DNA of 64,000 nucleotides from Octopus vulgaris (GCA_951406725.2 OX597818.1:84072001-84136000), one strand, 5' to 3'; shown: positions 12,146-25,057, counted from the first letter of the stretch. Made by a program: numbers and translations. Notes: generated from the sequence alone by a model not told the origin.

Positions 12146-12747
12146 TATTTTCTATATTGCCTACAAGGGGCTAAACATAGAGAGGAAAAACAAGGACAGA
12201 CAAACAGATTAAGTCGATTACATCGACTCCAGTGCGTAACTGGTACTTAATTTATCGACCCCGAAAGGATGAAAGGCAAAGTCGACCTCGGCGGAATTTG
12301 ATCTCAGAACGTAACGGCAGACGAAATACCTATTTCTTTACTACCTACAAGGGGCTAAACACAGAGAGGACAAACAAGGACAGACAAATGGATTAAGTCG
12401 ATTATATCGACCCCAGTGCGTAACTGGTACTTAATTTATCGACCCCGAAAGAATGAAAGGCAAAGTCGACCTCGGCGGAATTTGAACTCAGAACGTAACG
12501 GCATACGAAATACCTATTTCTTTACTACCCACAAGGGGCTAAACATAGAGAGGACAAACAAGCACAGACATAGGTATTAAGTCGATTGTATCGACCCCAG
12601 TGCGTAACTGGTACTTAATTTATCGACCCCGAAAGGATGAAAGGCAAAGTCGACCTTGGCGGAATTTGAACTCAGAACGTAACGGCAGATGAAATACCGC
12701 TGAGCATTTCGCCCGGCGTGCTAACGTTTCTGTCAGCTCATCGCCTT
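12146..12747 (-). mobile_element. SINE family B: one tRNA-like head plus three tandem body-core-tail units (~185 bp)
   Basis: Three copies of (minus) GTTCTGAG.TCAAATTCCGCC.AGGTCGACTTTGCCTTTCAT.CTTTCGGGGTCGATAAATTAAGTACCAG...GTTTAGCCCCTTGT. A single head lies at 12690-12747. Confidence 0.9.
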
Positions 12748-13564
12748 ACAAGCAGAACCGGTTTATTGGCTGAGACCATCAGGAGGATCGCCCTGCCAAT
12801 GTCATACTCATGAAACTATTTCAGAGCGTGAAGGAATACTTTTAAAAATATATCATAGTGCGTTAATAGAAATGTATCTCTATGTGAAATATAGATACTG
12901 CAGCTGTTACAAAATATTCTACAGTGATCAATTTTGTGATCTTCGTTTACTCTGCAAGCATACAAAATCTAAGGAACACATTTTAAATGTTGTGAACTTA
13001 TATACATACTTACACACGCACACCAATACCATATGTGTTTGTGTGTGTCTGTGTCTGTGTGTGTGTGTAAAATATGATTAAGATTCCGTTGAATTAGGTA
13101 CTTAAATTGAGGCACCTTGCTAATCAATTAAAGGAGTCGCTTGTAAAGGCCGTAATGAGTTGACACCTGTACATCTTTGTTACTCATTTATATGTGTACG
13201 CTTTTGCTGATCTTACCATCACGGAACAGTACACTATATACATACCAATATACATGTATATATATGTGTGTGTGTGGGTGTAAAGATATGTGTGAGTGTG
13301 TATACAGCATAATAAGAAGTAAAATGGAATTAAATTCAAGAAGATATCTATATAGCACTCAGTGCCAAACGAATTTGGTAAATTATATCAAGTAATCAGA
13401 TACCAATAAGTATTACCGTCCAAAGAGATTCTTCATATATGACAAGTAAATACAATTATATATTTCACATTTATGTATTTATATATATATATATATACAC
13501 TCACATATATATACACACACATATGTAAATATCAATATACGTATATTCATATATACAAATACAC

Positions 13565-13645
<81 letters not shown>

Positions 13646-13649
<4 letters not shown>

Positions 13650-14177
13650 TATATTATATTAAATTAGAGACAAAACCACTATTAGGCAAATTCATACAAT
13701 GAAAAACTTAAGCCAATACATAAGATTATTTAATTTATATTATTTAAATATATAACAAAATTATTAAAAAAATATAATTAATATAACACTACGATCGTTT
13801 CATGGCTGTTAATTTCTTTAAATTTTCGAGTTACAGTCATTCATCAAGTGGTTTAAATATTTATCTTGGCGAGGTTTAAACCTCGCCAAGATAAATATTT
13901 AAACCACTTGATGAATGACTGTAACTCGAAAATTTAAAGAAATTAACAGCCATGAAACGATCGTAGTGTTATATTAATTATATTTTTTTAATAATTTTGT
14001 TATATATTTAAATAATATAAATTAAATAATCTTATGTATTGGCTTAAGTTTTTCATTGTATGAATTTGCCCAATAGTGGTTTTGTCTCTAATTTAATATA
14101 ATATAATATTTTACTATAAATTGGATTCAATCCTAAATCTGATTTTTCCCTGTAAGTTTGGATTTATTCCCTAAATA

Positions 14178-14182
<5 letters not shown>
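13646..14182. mobile_element. Penelope-like terminus in inverted (hairpin) configuration within (TA)n
   Basis: Palindrome 13646-14109 is centred at 13877/13878, with 232-bp arms and 1 mismatch. The extension to 14182 is homologous to 47676-47810. An HHR motif lies in each arm. Confidence 0.75.
13902..13970 (+). ncRNA. Minimal type I hammerhead ribozyme motif (mirror copy 13785-13853, minus strand)
   Basis: CAC-TTGATGA-ATGACTGT...ACAGCCAT-GAAA-CGATCG-TA-GTG. Palindromic stem III, GUA triplet, C3U deviation in the core. Confidence 0.6.
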
Positions 14183-14246
<64 letters not shown>

Positions 14247-14262
14247 TATGAACACATATACA

Positions 14263-14301
<39 letters not shown>

Positions 14302-15274
14302 GAATACATACACATACCGATATATATATATATATATATATAAAACGTTGTTGACAGTAACTTCGAAGTATCAGCCAACTAAGCCATCGACGGACTGATT
14401 ATGACTATACGTATGTATAATTGAATGCATCTATGTATATGTGTGTATATGTGTGAGTGAGAGAGAGAGAAGAGAGAAGGAGAGAGAGGGGCAGAGAGGG
14501 AGAAGAGAGGAGCAGAGAGGGGAAAGAGAGGGGGAAAACAGTATGTTTATTGTTATGTTTACCTTAGTCATATCAAGAAGAGATGACACGTTCCCGAAGA
14601 TGCAACAACGAAGCGAAGATCAATTCAATACCGCTCACATTGCTTATAAAAGTGAACCATATTACACCGAGTTAAGTGCAAACTAATATTCCTAATGTGA
14701 GTGAAACATAATTTTTAATCAAAGAAATTACGCCCGTAATGAAATGACTATTAATTAATGCTAATGACAATTATAGTTAAGAAAGGCATGGGAGAGATCT
14801 CTAAAACACAAAATGATTAAATATTAATTGATTAATTGGCGGCATGCAGCGACGAATGAATATGATCTTTGATACGTATGGAGACTGCAACATTGGTTTA
14901 GGCTTCGCTCTTATTAGCCCCCGCCTGTTACCAATCCTAATTAACATCTCGCTGTGCAACGGGAAATGTGAGCTGAGTACCTTGATGAAGATCACACTTT
15001 ATGGAAATATTTATTCAAAATTTAGCATAAATGCCATAGATATTTCTTCAAAGGTAGTCGACTGAATCAATCACGGTACACGACTGTACACGACTGTATT
15101 TGCTTCATGGACCCGGAAGAGATGAAAGGCATAGTACGTCTTAGCATGATTTTAACCTTTGAAATACACCCAACTTTAATATACATGCAACTTTGAAATG
15201 CACGTAACTTTCAATAAACCTAAGAACTGTAGGGTATTACTTCTACCGCAACAGTGTTCATCACTGTATTTCAC

Positions 15275-15370
<96 letters not shown>

Positions 15371-15862
15371 CAGCAGCAGCAGCAGCAGTAGCGGCGGCAG
15401 CAGTAATAGTTGTACCAATAGTAGTCGAAGCAGCAGTAGCAACAGCGATGTTTAACAAAGAAATGCAGTCGTAACTTTGCGGTGGAAAGAACAATCGACT
15501 ATATCGATCTCTAAAAGACAGCAAAGTTAACTATGGCGGGAATTGATGCATTCAAATACCGCTTGGTGGCCTAGTTGTTAGGGACATTATGCTCACATCT
15601 GTTACATCATAGGTTCAATACTGTGGCAGTAGTACCTTGTGCTCTTGTACAAGGGACTTCATTTCACGTTGCTTCAGTCTGAACTCAACTGAAAGTTAAT
15701 ACCAGCGGTTGGCTGGTGCCCTGTTAAGAGTAGAATTTTGTACTCTCAGTTGCTTATTCAAACGAAAAATGCGGAAAGCTCCGAACTAAGATTCCAGTAG
15801 GTCACAGACTAATAGATGATCAACTGATTCTGTGTTCCATTGTATTTAATAAGAATGATATT

Positions 15863-17075
15863 GATTTCAAATTTTTTGCTCAAGGCCAGAAATTTCGGTG
15901 AGGGATTAAGTCGATTACAACAACACGAGTACCCACCCGAGTACTCTCAGCGAAAAGTGAACTCAGAACGTAGAGTCGGACGCAATGCCGCTAAGCGTGT
16001 AAACGAATGTTTCAGCTCGCCGTCTTTAATAGTACATTCTACTAAAGGTACAAGGTCTGAAATTTAAGTGTAGACACTAGTCGATAATATTGATCCCAGT
16101 ACACAACTGGAAATTATTTTATCGACCCAGAAAGAATGAAAGCCGAAGCTGGCCTCGGCGTAATTTCTACTCAGATCGTAAAGACGGACGAAACGCTGCT
16201 TAACATTTTGTCCGGGCGTATTAACGATTGTTCCTGTATACCACCTTTAATAATACTAATGATATCAAATTTTGAGAGAATAGCCAGCAATTTCGGATAA
16301 GAGGGTAAGTCGATTACATTGACTCTAGTACTAAACTGGCGCTTATTTTATCGATCTCGAAGGATGAAAGTCAAAGTCGATCTCGGCAGAATTTGAATTC
16401 AGAACGTAAAGATGGACGAAACGCCGCTATACACATCGACCGGCTTCCTAACGATTCTTTTCTACTCTAGGCACAAGACCACAAATGTTTTGGTGTATAG
16501 GAGGCCAGTCGATTTGATCGACCCCAGTACGCAACTGATACTTAATTTATCGACCCCGAAAGGATGAAAGGCAAAGTCGACCTCGGAGGAATTTGAACTC
16601 AGAACGTCAAGACAGACGAAATACCTATTTCTTTACTACCCACAAGGGGCTAAACACAGAGAGGACAAACAAGGACAGACAAACGGATTAAGTCAATTAC
16701 ATCGACCCCAGTGCGTAAGTGGTACTTAATTTATCGACCCCGAAAGGATGAAAGGCGAAGTCAACCTCGGCGGAATTTGAACTCAGTACGTAACGGCAGA
16801 CGAAATACGGCTAAGCATTTCGCCTGGCGTGCTAACGTTTCTGCCAGCTCGCTGGCTTCTAGTAATAACAACATTGGTTTCAAATTTTGACACAAGGCCA
16901 GCAGTTTCCGGAGAGGGGTAGTCGATTACACTCAACTTTTACTTATTTATCGACGCGGAAAGGATAAAGGGCAAAGTAAACCTTGGTTGAATTTGAACTC
17001 AAAATACCTATAGGCAGAGGAAATCCGCTAAGTACATTTTTCGGCGTGCTAATGATTCTGCCAGTCCAACGCCTT
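15863..17075 (-). mobile_element. Cluster of ~7 co-oriented family B SINE copies of different ages
   Basis: Repeated ATCGACCCCGAAAGGATGAAAGGCAAAGTCGACCTCGGCGGAATTTGAACTCAGAACGT blocks, all in the same orientation. Confidence 0.85.
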
Positions 17076-17078
17076 TAA

Positions 17079-17161
<83 letters not shown>

Positions 17162-17162
<1 letters not shown>

Positions 17163-18243
17163 TCTTTTATTGGCAACAAGAGCTCACATAAAAAGACATA
17201 GAACAGCATAAAAGACAAAAACAGGACGATACAATGGGTTTTGCAACGTGTAAACAATATAAATAACAATTAAAATTAAACAATTTAAAGTCCCACTAGA
17301 GGAGGCGCTTTAAGGTCCTCGTAGAAAGCCCACAAAAGCCACGGGTGCCTGAACAACAAGGCAAGAACCCATCTCCTATTGTTTACACGTGCACGCTCAG
17401 AATTGTTCCTTTCATATTGGCCATTCTTCCAACATTCAGCCACCTTTCAACAGACTTGCTACAAGGCAACACATCCCTCTCCACCATCAATTTCCTTTTC
17501 AAGTAAAACTTGAAAAAGTTGATGAGCGCTTGCTGGACCCTTTCAAACGGGTCCACCATACTACATCCTTCGCCACATCCACTAGACAAATATAAATTGT
17601 CTTACCTCTCGGACAAAAGAGGGTGGCGGGGCAATCTTCACAATGGATTCAGCTGATAGCTGGATCCGTCCCATACACGACAGAAGGTGTTCGACATAAA
17701 ACTACAGGTCAGCAATACTCGGGCACTGGAGTAGGGTGTGCAGAACGGTTTCATCGTTCTGGGCGCACCTCGAGAAGGCCCGGCTGACGCAGTTCCGTGC
17801 CTGTAACGTTTATCCCGAACAGGCAGCGCCCGTCGGTAGCACTGCAAGGCAAAGGATTTCTAGATGTTATCCATAGGCCCAGGTCCGAATGTTCTCCGAA
17901 ACAGACCGGTTGGTTGATCTTCATCGATGCCCAGAATTTCCCCAAGAACGTCGCCGCACTTCCCCTCAGCTAGCCCTCTATAGAGCACTAGAGTAGAACT
18001 ACCACCGACCGTTTTGCCCGCCCGGCAGAGGGCTGTGAGCGCTTGATGACACTCGAGATGCAAAGCTCCCCTCCTCGGTCTACGCTTAATCCAGGATTGA
18101 AGCTCAGTCAAAGAGACAAGCTGTCGAAAAGCGTGTCTTACAAACGGTGACCACACCTGTTCACTGTCAAGGAAACACTGGAGAAGCCGCAACCTCAGTG
18201 CATGTCTGCGCATCAGTAACTACGCCACACCCAGCCCTCCATT
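17162..18243 (-). mobile_element. 5'-truncated L1/Tx1-clade LINE (post-RT region, zf-RVT-like domain, 3' UTR) ending in (TTA)n
   Basis: Frameshifted GGLGVA..MRRHALRLR...W.PFV, then QCYRRALPVRDKRYRHG and ETVLHTLLQCP. AATAAA is followed by a (TTA)n tail at 17079-17162. Confidence 0.8.
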
Positions 18244-18599
18244 ATCAACAAAAACCATTTAGAATATGTAATCCAAAATTACAATTAGACACAAGATAGA
18301 TTATAATCACAACTGCAACGTCCCGTACATTCACACACACACGCACGCACACACACAGAATCACACGCACACGCACGCACACACACATATATATACATAT
18401 ATACATATGTGTATCTTTATAGTTATTCAAGGACAAAATACACATAAACGCAACACACACATAAACACATATATATAAATATATACACTACATATATATA
18501 TGCGCATATACATATATACACCATACACACATATATGTACGCACACACGAACACACACACTAACATAATTTGTATTCAAAGTTACAAGCCTATGTTTGA

Positions 18600-19270
18600 T
18601 TTAATTAACATATTTTTCAACCACTCTTCTTATTTCTAACGTTCTGTAGGATGAAAGAGTGCATGCAATCGATCTCAATATTGAATTGGTTCGTCTTTTA
18701 TAGACCCCCGCAACACCAAATCGATTCCAGCACATGTGGGATTTGAAATCACAAACTAAAGTATTGCAACTCAATACTGCAGCCTGCTGCTTTTGACGCT
18801 CCATTACCATTAACGTATTCCAATATTACAATTATTTCCCAAGAAACTATTATTGGTTTGGTCTTTTTATGGAAGTTCCCTGGTCCCATATGGCAGCACT
18901 TAATTCTAATAATATTCTCAAACGTTTGGTGTTGATATATTTGAAACAAACGTAACCTCAGTGTTTCTATCAGAGCTATATACACTTTCACTCCTGCAAC
19001 AGTTGTTAACTGCAAATTTACAGCCTAACAGATAGGAATATTTTCTGCTTTACATGAAATAAGTTTTAAGCTTACACATCTCTCTGCTGCAAATCACCAG
19101 CATTTCGTTCTCTCAAACACTTCCAAACCATATTTTAGGCTTGGCCTACACAATTCTCGAATAAGCCTAGAAAACCATATTGCAATAATGAACACCTCCC
19201 AAAATGTATAATCAGGCACATGCAGGTGCTTCGACACATACTGCACAACATGCATAGAACATGATACAGA
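18600..19270 (-). mobile_element. Possible highly decayed Gypsy-type integrase remnant
   Basis: Scattered motifs in the expected order across frameshifts: LHVP..., V*PSLK...C, DQGT, NG.MER. Weak. Confidence 0.25.
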
Positions 19271-20000
19271 GACCGCTCTAGCTACTAATATACAGAGGTT
19301 GCTCTAGCTACCACCCTTCAAAACATGTCCACCTATCTACAACGCTGCCCATATACTTCGTGCATTATTTCATTAGATCATATACTACAGGTCGTTTTCC
19401 TCGTGTTCTTAATTATTTTGCTGAGGTTACTATTAACATCAAAGGAAACAATAAGAATAGCTAATAAACACAAAATGTCCAGAATGCAACCGTGAACTTA
19501 CGATCGATGAGGTCGATCTACTATAGAGTTCATGACATAATGTGCCACTAATACAAGTAGGGAGTGTTGTAGGAAAACAGTGATGAGCACAGGGGTCATT
19601 ATATAGTCACTAATGGAAATGCTTTAGAGGACCTAGGACTTAAGTTTTTCATGAGATTCAGAAGTCATAAAGTAAGAGTTTGACCTGGTGTCATTAGCGT
19701 ATAAGTGAGTGAAATTACTACACCTCACTCCATACACACTCCCACTGAATGATCCGCTGCAGCGTTTACTGACCACCTATTCCTGGAACCGCATTAGTGA
19801 TGAGTGGACTGGGGTAATGTGAAATAAAGTGCTTTGCTCAAGAACACAGAGCACCGCTCTATTCGGCAATCGAATCTATGATCTTTCGATCATGAAGGCA
19901 ACGCACTCAACACTAGGACACAAATATTTACAAATAACATTCAGACCCCTTTCCAATACCATCAAGTGTTTTAAAAGAGAAGGCTATATTAAATAAAGTA

Positions 20001-20334
20001 CAGCAATCCCTCGACTATCGCGGGTGTTACGCTCCAAAACATCCCGATATAGGTGAAAATCAGCGAAGTAGAAACAGTACTGTACTGTATATTTTATTAT
20101 TATCATTATTATAATTTGTATGTATTTATTTTATTATAAATGCAATACAACACCACGGAGGAATCGACGTAAGCTTAAATAATAAACCGCGATAGGTGAA
20201 CTGCGATAGGTGAACCGCGATAGGTAAACAGCGATATGTGAGCCGCGATAGGTGACCGTGATAGGTGAACCGTGATAGGTGACCGTGATAGGTGAACCGT
20301 GATAGGTGAACCGTGATATGGTGAGGAATTACTG
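20001..20334 (+). mobile_element. pogo/Tigger-type MITE with an expanded internal 14-bp repeat
   Basis: Termini TA|CAGCAATCCCTCG...GAGGAATTACTG. About 9-10 units of CCG(C/T)GATAGGTGAA at 20187-20320. Family copies at 24074-24566 and 59272-59496. Confidence 0.75.
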
Positions 20335-21048
20335 CAGTTATATATTTAATCGCTTCAGAAAGAAATAAGACGAGAAGATTACCCCGAGCTATTTTTTATC
20401 ATAGTTTGACCCAAGGATAAAGGAAGAACATAACTATTACAATTACGTGCGTGTGTGAGTACGTGAGTGTGTATGTGTGCGTATTCGTGTGTGTGAATGT
20501 GTATTCATGTGTGTATGAGTATTCGTGAATGTTCATGTGTATGAGTCTGCGTTTGTATAAATTTGTGTGCATGAATGTGAGTATGAATGTGTGTATGAGT
20601 TTGTGTGCATGAGTTGGTATGAATGTATGCAGGTATGAATGTGTGTGTGTGTATGAATTATGCGTGTGGGTTGTGTGTGCACGTAAGTGTGTGGGAGAGA
20701 GAGTGTGCGTGAGTGTGCGTGAGTGTGTGTGTGTGTGAGTGTGTGTGTGTGCCCTGTGTTAGCATCAGAGCTTTTTTAGAAAATGCTTTGCCAGATATGT
20801 TCTGTCCGTTTACGACCTCTGTTCAATTCCTGCTGAGGTCGACATTGCCTACAATCCCTCCAGTGCTGTTGAAATAAGGTAGAAGCCACATACTGAAATC
20901 GATTAAATCGACTAATCCGCTTCTTTCACACTTGTGATCCTGGTGCCAGAATCAGAAACAGGTTAATACTGGTCTATAAGTCATAATTACAGTGCCATGT
21001 TTTAAAGCAGATAGGATTCGTCCTTCTACTGTTTTGGTCTATTTCATT

Positions 21049-21386
21049 GTGAAGGTGCATGGCACAGTCGTTAGAGCGTCAGGCTTATAGTCATGAGGTA
21101 GTAGGTTTCATTCCCGGACCGGGCTGTGTGTTGTGTGAAAGACACATTCTTTCACATTGCTCCAGTTCACTCTGCTGTAGTAATGCGTTGCGTCGTCACT
21201 GGTGCCAAACTATATCGGCCTTTGCTTTGCCTTTCCCTTGGATAACATCGGTGGTGTGGAGAGAGGAGACTGGTATGCGTGGGTGAGACTATTGGTCCTC
21301 TATAAACAACAATGACCGGACCTGTGCCTCAGAGGGTAACTATCTATGTGCAATCCAATGATCATTCATAACCGAATGGGGTCTTT
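21049..21386 (+). mobile_element. SINE family A copy
   Basis: Colinear with the reverse complement of 2169-2506. Confidence 0.85.
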
Positions 21387-21778
21387 ATGCATGATCACTC
21401 ATACAAACGCATGGCAGACTTTCACAGAGCTTCAGCCGACTTAATTCTACTCATACGTGACTTGTATTGTCAACGGAAGCGATAATCTTATACATTTGTC
21501 CATTTTTAGATCCTGTGTTCAACTCTGAAACACACTTTTTACGAAACGGTATCCATATCCTCAACTACCAATTTTAACCGAAGTGTTCTTTGGACAGCAC
21601 TGATGTGTAGTCGAAAATTTCAAATCCGGTACTATTTTACTATCTGGTACTTATTGTATCTACCTCATTTGCCGAACCACTAGATCATAGAAGCCTTAAC
21701 AAATCAACAGCATTTGTCATGCGGTTGAGGGCCACACACAAAACATACGTGCGCTGAAATACACACATACATACACAA

Positions 21779-21812
<34 letters not shown>

Positions 21813-23226
21813 GACGGGTTTCTTTTATTTTCTGTCTTCTCTTCGAAATTTACTCATTAGATTTAAGGTCGAACTGGAGCGATAGTAGAAGATACTTGTC
21901 CAAGGTGTTGCACAGTAGGAATGAACGCAAAAGCACGTCGAAGTTTCTTCATCAAGCAGTTATTCCTGGACATATTTTGTATCTTATTTTATTTTCAAGA
22001 AGTTTCTCCGATACCCACGCTTAATTTTTCATTCCTGGAGAAAGAGGCGTTGTGACAACATAACCAATTCGAAAAATTGTTGAACGAGAAAGAGTAGAGG
22101 GAAAATAATGCCTCGTCCCTAGTTTTTCACTGGTATTTTACAGCTCGACAACGGAAGATGAAAGATTTTCTTGACATTCAGTAGGAATTGAACTTAGAGT
22201 GTAGAGTGCCCAGACGAATGCTGTAGTGTATTTTATCCGCCGTTCTAGCGATTACGCCATATGCAGTATAGAGACTATTAGATTTAGATACGCCATTAGA
22301 TCTATAAAGATAGATTATTAAATCTACAAATTTAGAAGTAGGTCTCGAGTACAGTGGTGCAATAGCCGTTTCGTTGTGTGGTTTAAGTAGCACCGATGTC
22401 CTTTGCTACAATACTGATGCGCTTCAATTCCAGCTATAGTTAAATTGGAAAAATTATTTGAATCAGCACATAATTCTCATGAAAATAAAAATACCACTCT
22501 TGCAGAACACAATTGCAAGTATTATGCACAATTGCACAATTTTCTGCAGTAATGTATTGGTGCGCGCCGCAGCACAGGAAAGCAACATAATCGAGGACAA
22601 ACCAATCACTTATACGTTATTCATTCAATTGTAACAAATATTGGGCATTTAAAGGTTAAATTTTCGTTGCCATATTCTTTAAATGTGTTTTGCTGTGGAA
22701 ACAATCCCGGTCCTTATTCTTGTAATGTTTGCTGCATATCTCTGCAGTCCTGCACAATAACAAATCACTTAAGCGAATTTAAACTCTGTTCATTCACATC
22801 ATTTATTCATTCATTTATTATTCATTGAGTTTATATTCTTGCTTGCGTTCCTGATAAAGTTCTTTTATATTTATTACTTCCTTCTATTATTTCTTCGCTT
22901 CTTCATGCATTCCTCTTTTCTATCTCTTTTCTTTCCGTTTTCTTCTTTCGAGCTTACATTTTCTGATTCTGAGCATCATCATCTTACCTTCATCATTCTC
23001 TCCGTTTTCTCTCTCGACTCATTTCTAATACTTATTATACTTTTAAAAGATTTTAAAAACATAAAATACTAAACATTACCTGAAAGAAGTTATCACTGCA
23101 AGTGTAGAATCAATTATTTTAAAACAATACTATACCTAGTGACTTCGAAGTTTCGTTAGACTAGGACTGAAACCGATGAGGCTGATCAGTGGCGGAGCTT
23201 TGGTGTCACTGGCAACAAAATTAATG

Positions 23227-23476
23227 TACTTGTAGCGATATTCACCCTGGGCGGGTTGAGTCGGCTTCTTCTACCACCTCGAGGCATCTCGAACCATGGC
23301 AGCCCATGCACGACGGTCCTGCGCCAGTTCACTGGAGATAGCGAGCCAGTCACGGTTCCATCGGCGCAGGCCGACCATCTGCGGTCCCGTGAGCACGGAG
23401 AGGTCCTCCTTGATCGTCGTAACCCAGGTTTGCAGCTGCCCGCCCGCGCGCTTCCCAAACGCGCGGGCGGTCAGCT
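23227..23476 (-). mobile_element. 5'-truncated RTE-clade LINE 3' end with a short 5' inversion and 9-bp TSD
   Basis: Minus strand reads KRAGGQLQTWVTTIKEDLSVLTGPQMVGLRRWNRDWLAISSELAQDRRAWAAMVRDA (RTE C-terminus, AQDR..W). TSD AAATTAATG at 23218-23226 and 23477-23485. Confidence 0.85.
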
Positions 23477-23684
23477 AAATTAATGGCTGTGTAGCTAAAA
23501 AGTTTGCTTTGTAATCAAATGATCTTGAGTTCAATCTCAATCGTAGCAACTTGGACAAGTGTCTTGCATCGTCAGTTAAATGCACACACACTCTCTCTGC
23601 CTCTCTCTCTCTCACAAACACACACACACACACACGCATACACAAACACACACACACGCACACACATAGAAGCACGCACATGCT

Positions 23685-24016
23685 GAGACACCCTTCAGTC
23701 ATGACTGACCATGCGATTGCACCTAGAAAGTTACCCTCCAGACACAAGTCCGGGCAAGGTTGTTTATGAAAGACCAGCAGTCGCCCATGCATACCGGCCT
23801 CCCCTCTCCATACCACCGATGTTATCCAAGGGAAAGGCAAAGGCCGGTACAGCTTGGTACATGTGACGTCGCAACTAATTTCTACAGCAGAGTGAACTGG
23901 AGCAACGTGAAATGTGTCTTGCTCAAGAACACAACACACAGCTCGTGCCGGGATTCGAACTCACAACCTCACGATCGTAAGCTCGACACCCTAAACACTG
24001 AGTCATGTACCTTCAC
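23685..24016 (-). mobile_element. SINE family A copy
   Basis: Closely similar to 2169-2506. Confidence 0.9.
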
Positions 24017-24073
24017 GCGCACACACACACACACACACACACTTATATATATATATACACAGACACAGTAATA

Positions 24074-24566
24074 CAGTAATCCTACGCCATATCGCGGTTC
24101 ACCTATCACGCATTCAATACATCGCGTTTCACCTATCACGCACTCAGTCATCACGGTGTTTTTCTGGCTAATATATGTAAATTTATATCGCGGACTCCTC
24201 AATATATCGCGGCTTTCTGCGGCCGAAATGTATTTATATATTTTTAGATTCTAATTATTTCTGTAGTAAAATAAGCATTTTCACGACTAAGAATTAATAA
24301 ATTAATAGATAGAAATAGAGTACAGTACTGCACTGTATAACACGTTAATTAAAATATATTAAAAGAAAATATGTAGTTTACCGCAGATGAGTAAACAAAG
24401 ATTCGCATATACTGAATGGAAAACAAAACTCGGGAGATGAGTTGTGATATTGTTTTGCATTTGTAATAAAATGAATATATACAAATTATAAAAATGATAA
24501 AAAATTAAATACATCTATCGCAGGAAGTTTTGGATTGTAAAACCCGCGATAGTCGAGGGATTATAG
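24074..24566 (-). mobile_element. pogo/Tigger-type MITE (same family as 20001-20334)
   Basis: TA|CAGTAATCCT.CGCCATATCGCGGTTCACCTATC ... CCCGCGATAGTCGAGGGATTA. Confidence 0.75.
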
Positions 24567-24705
24567 TTTATTTGTGCATGTGTGAATGTGTATGTGTGCG
24601 CGCACCCTTGTCTGTGTGTCATGTGCGCATGTCAGTTTGTATAGTCCCTATTTCTATTTTTAAGTTTAGCACCGCTTGGAAAATGGTGTTTTATTACTAT
24701 GAGCA

Positions 24706-24911
24706 TTGGGGTTGATAAAATCGACTAGCCACTTCCCCCAAAATTTCAGGCCTTGTGAGTTCAATTTTCGCAGTGATGGACTTTTATGGACTTTTATCGT
24801 TTCGAAGTTGATAAATTAAGTACCAGTTACACATTGGGGTTGATGAGATCGATTTACCCCTCCCCACAAATTTCCGGCATTGTGCCTATACTAGGAGGGT
24901 CTATTATTATT

Positions 24912-24959
<48 letters not shown>

Positions 24960-24986
24960 ATTACTGTTGTTGTTGTTAGTATTATT

Positions 24987-25057
<71 letters not shown>

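Noticed and set aside
12146-12747. Regularly spaced repeats resembling a CRISPR or tRNA gene array
   Set aside because: The whole ~185-bp unit repeats and matches a dispersed SINE.
20187-20320. CRISPR-like short repeat array
   Set aside because: The units are contiguous with no unique spacers, the context is eukaryotic, there are no cas genes, and the array lies inside a MITE.
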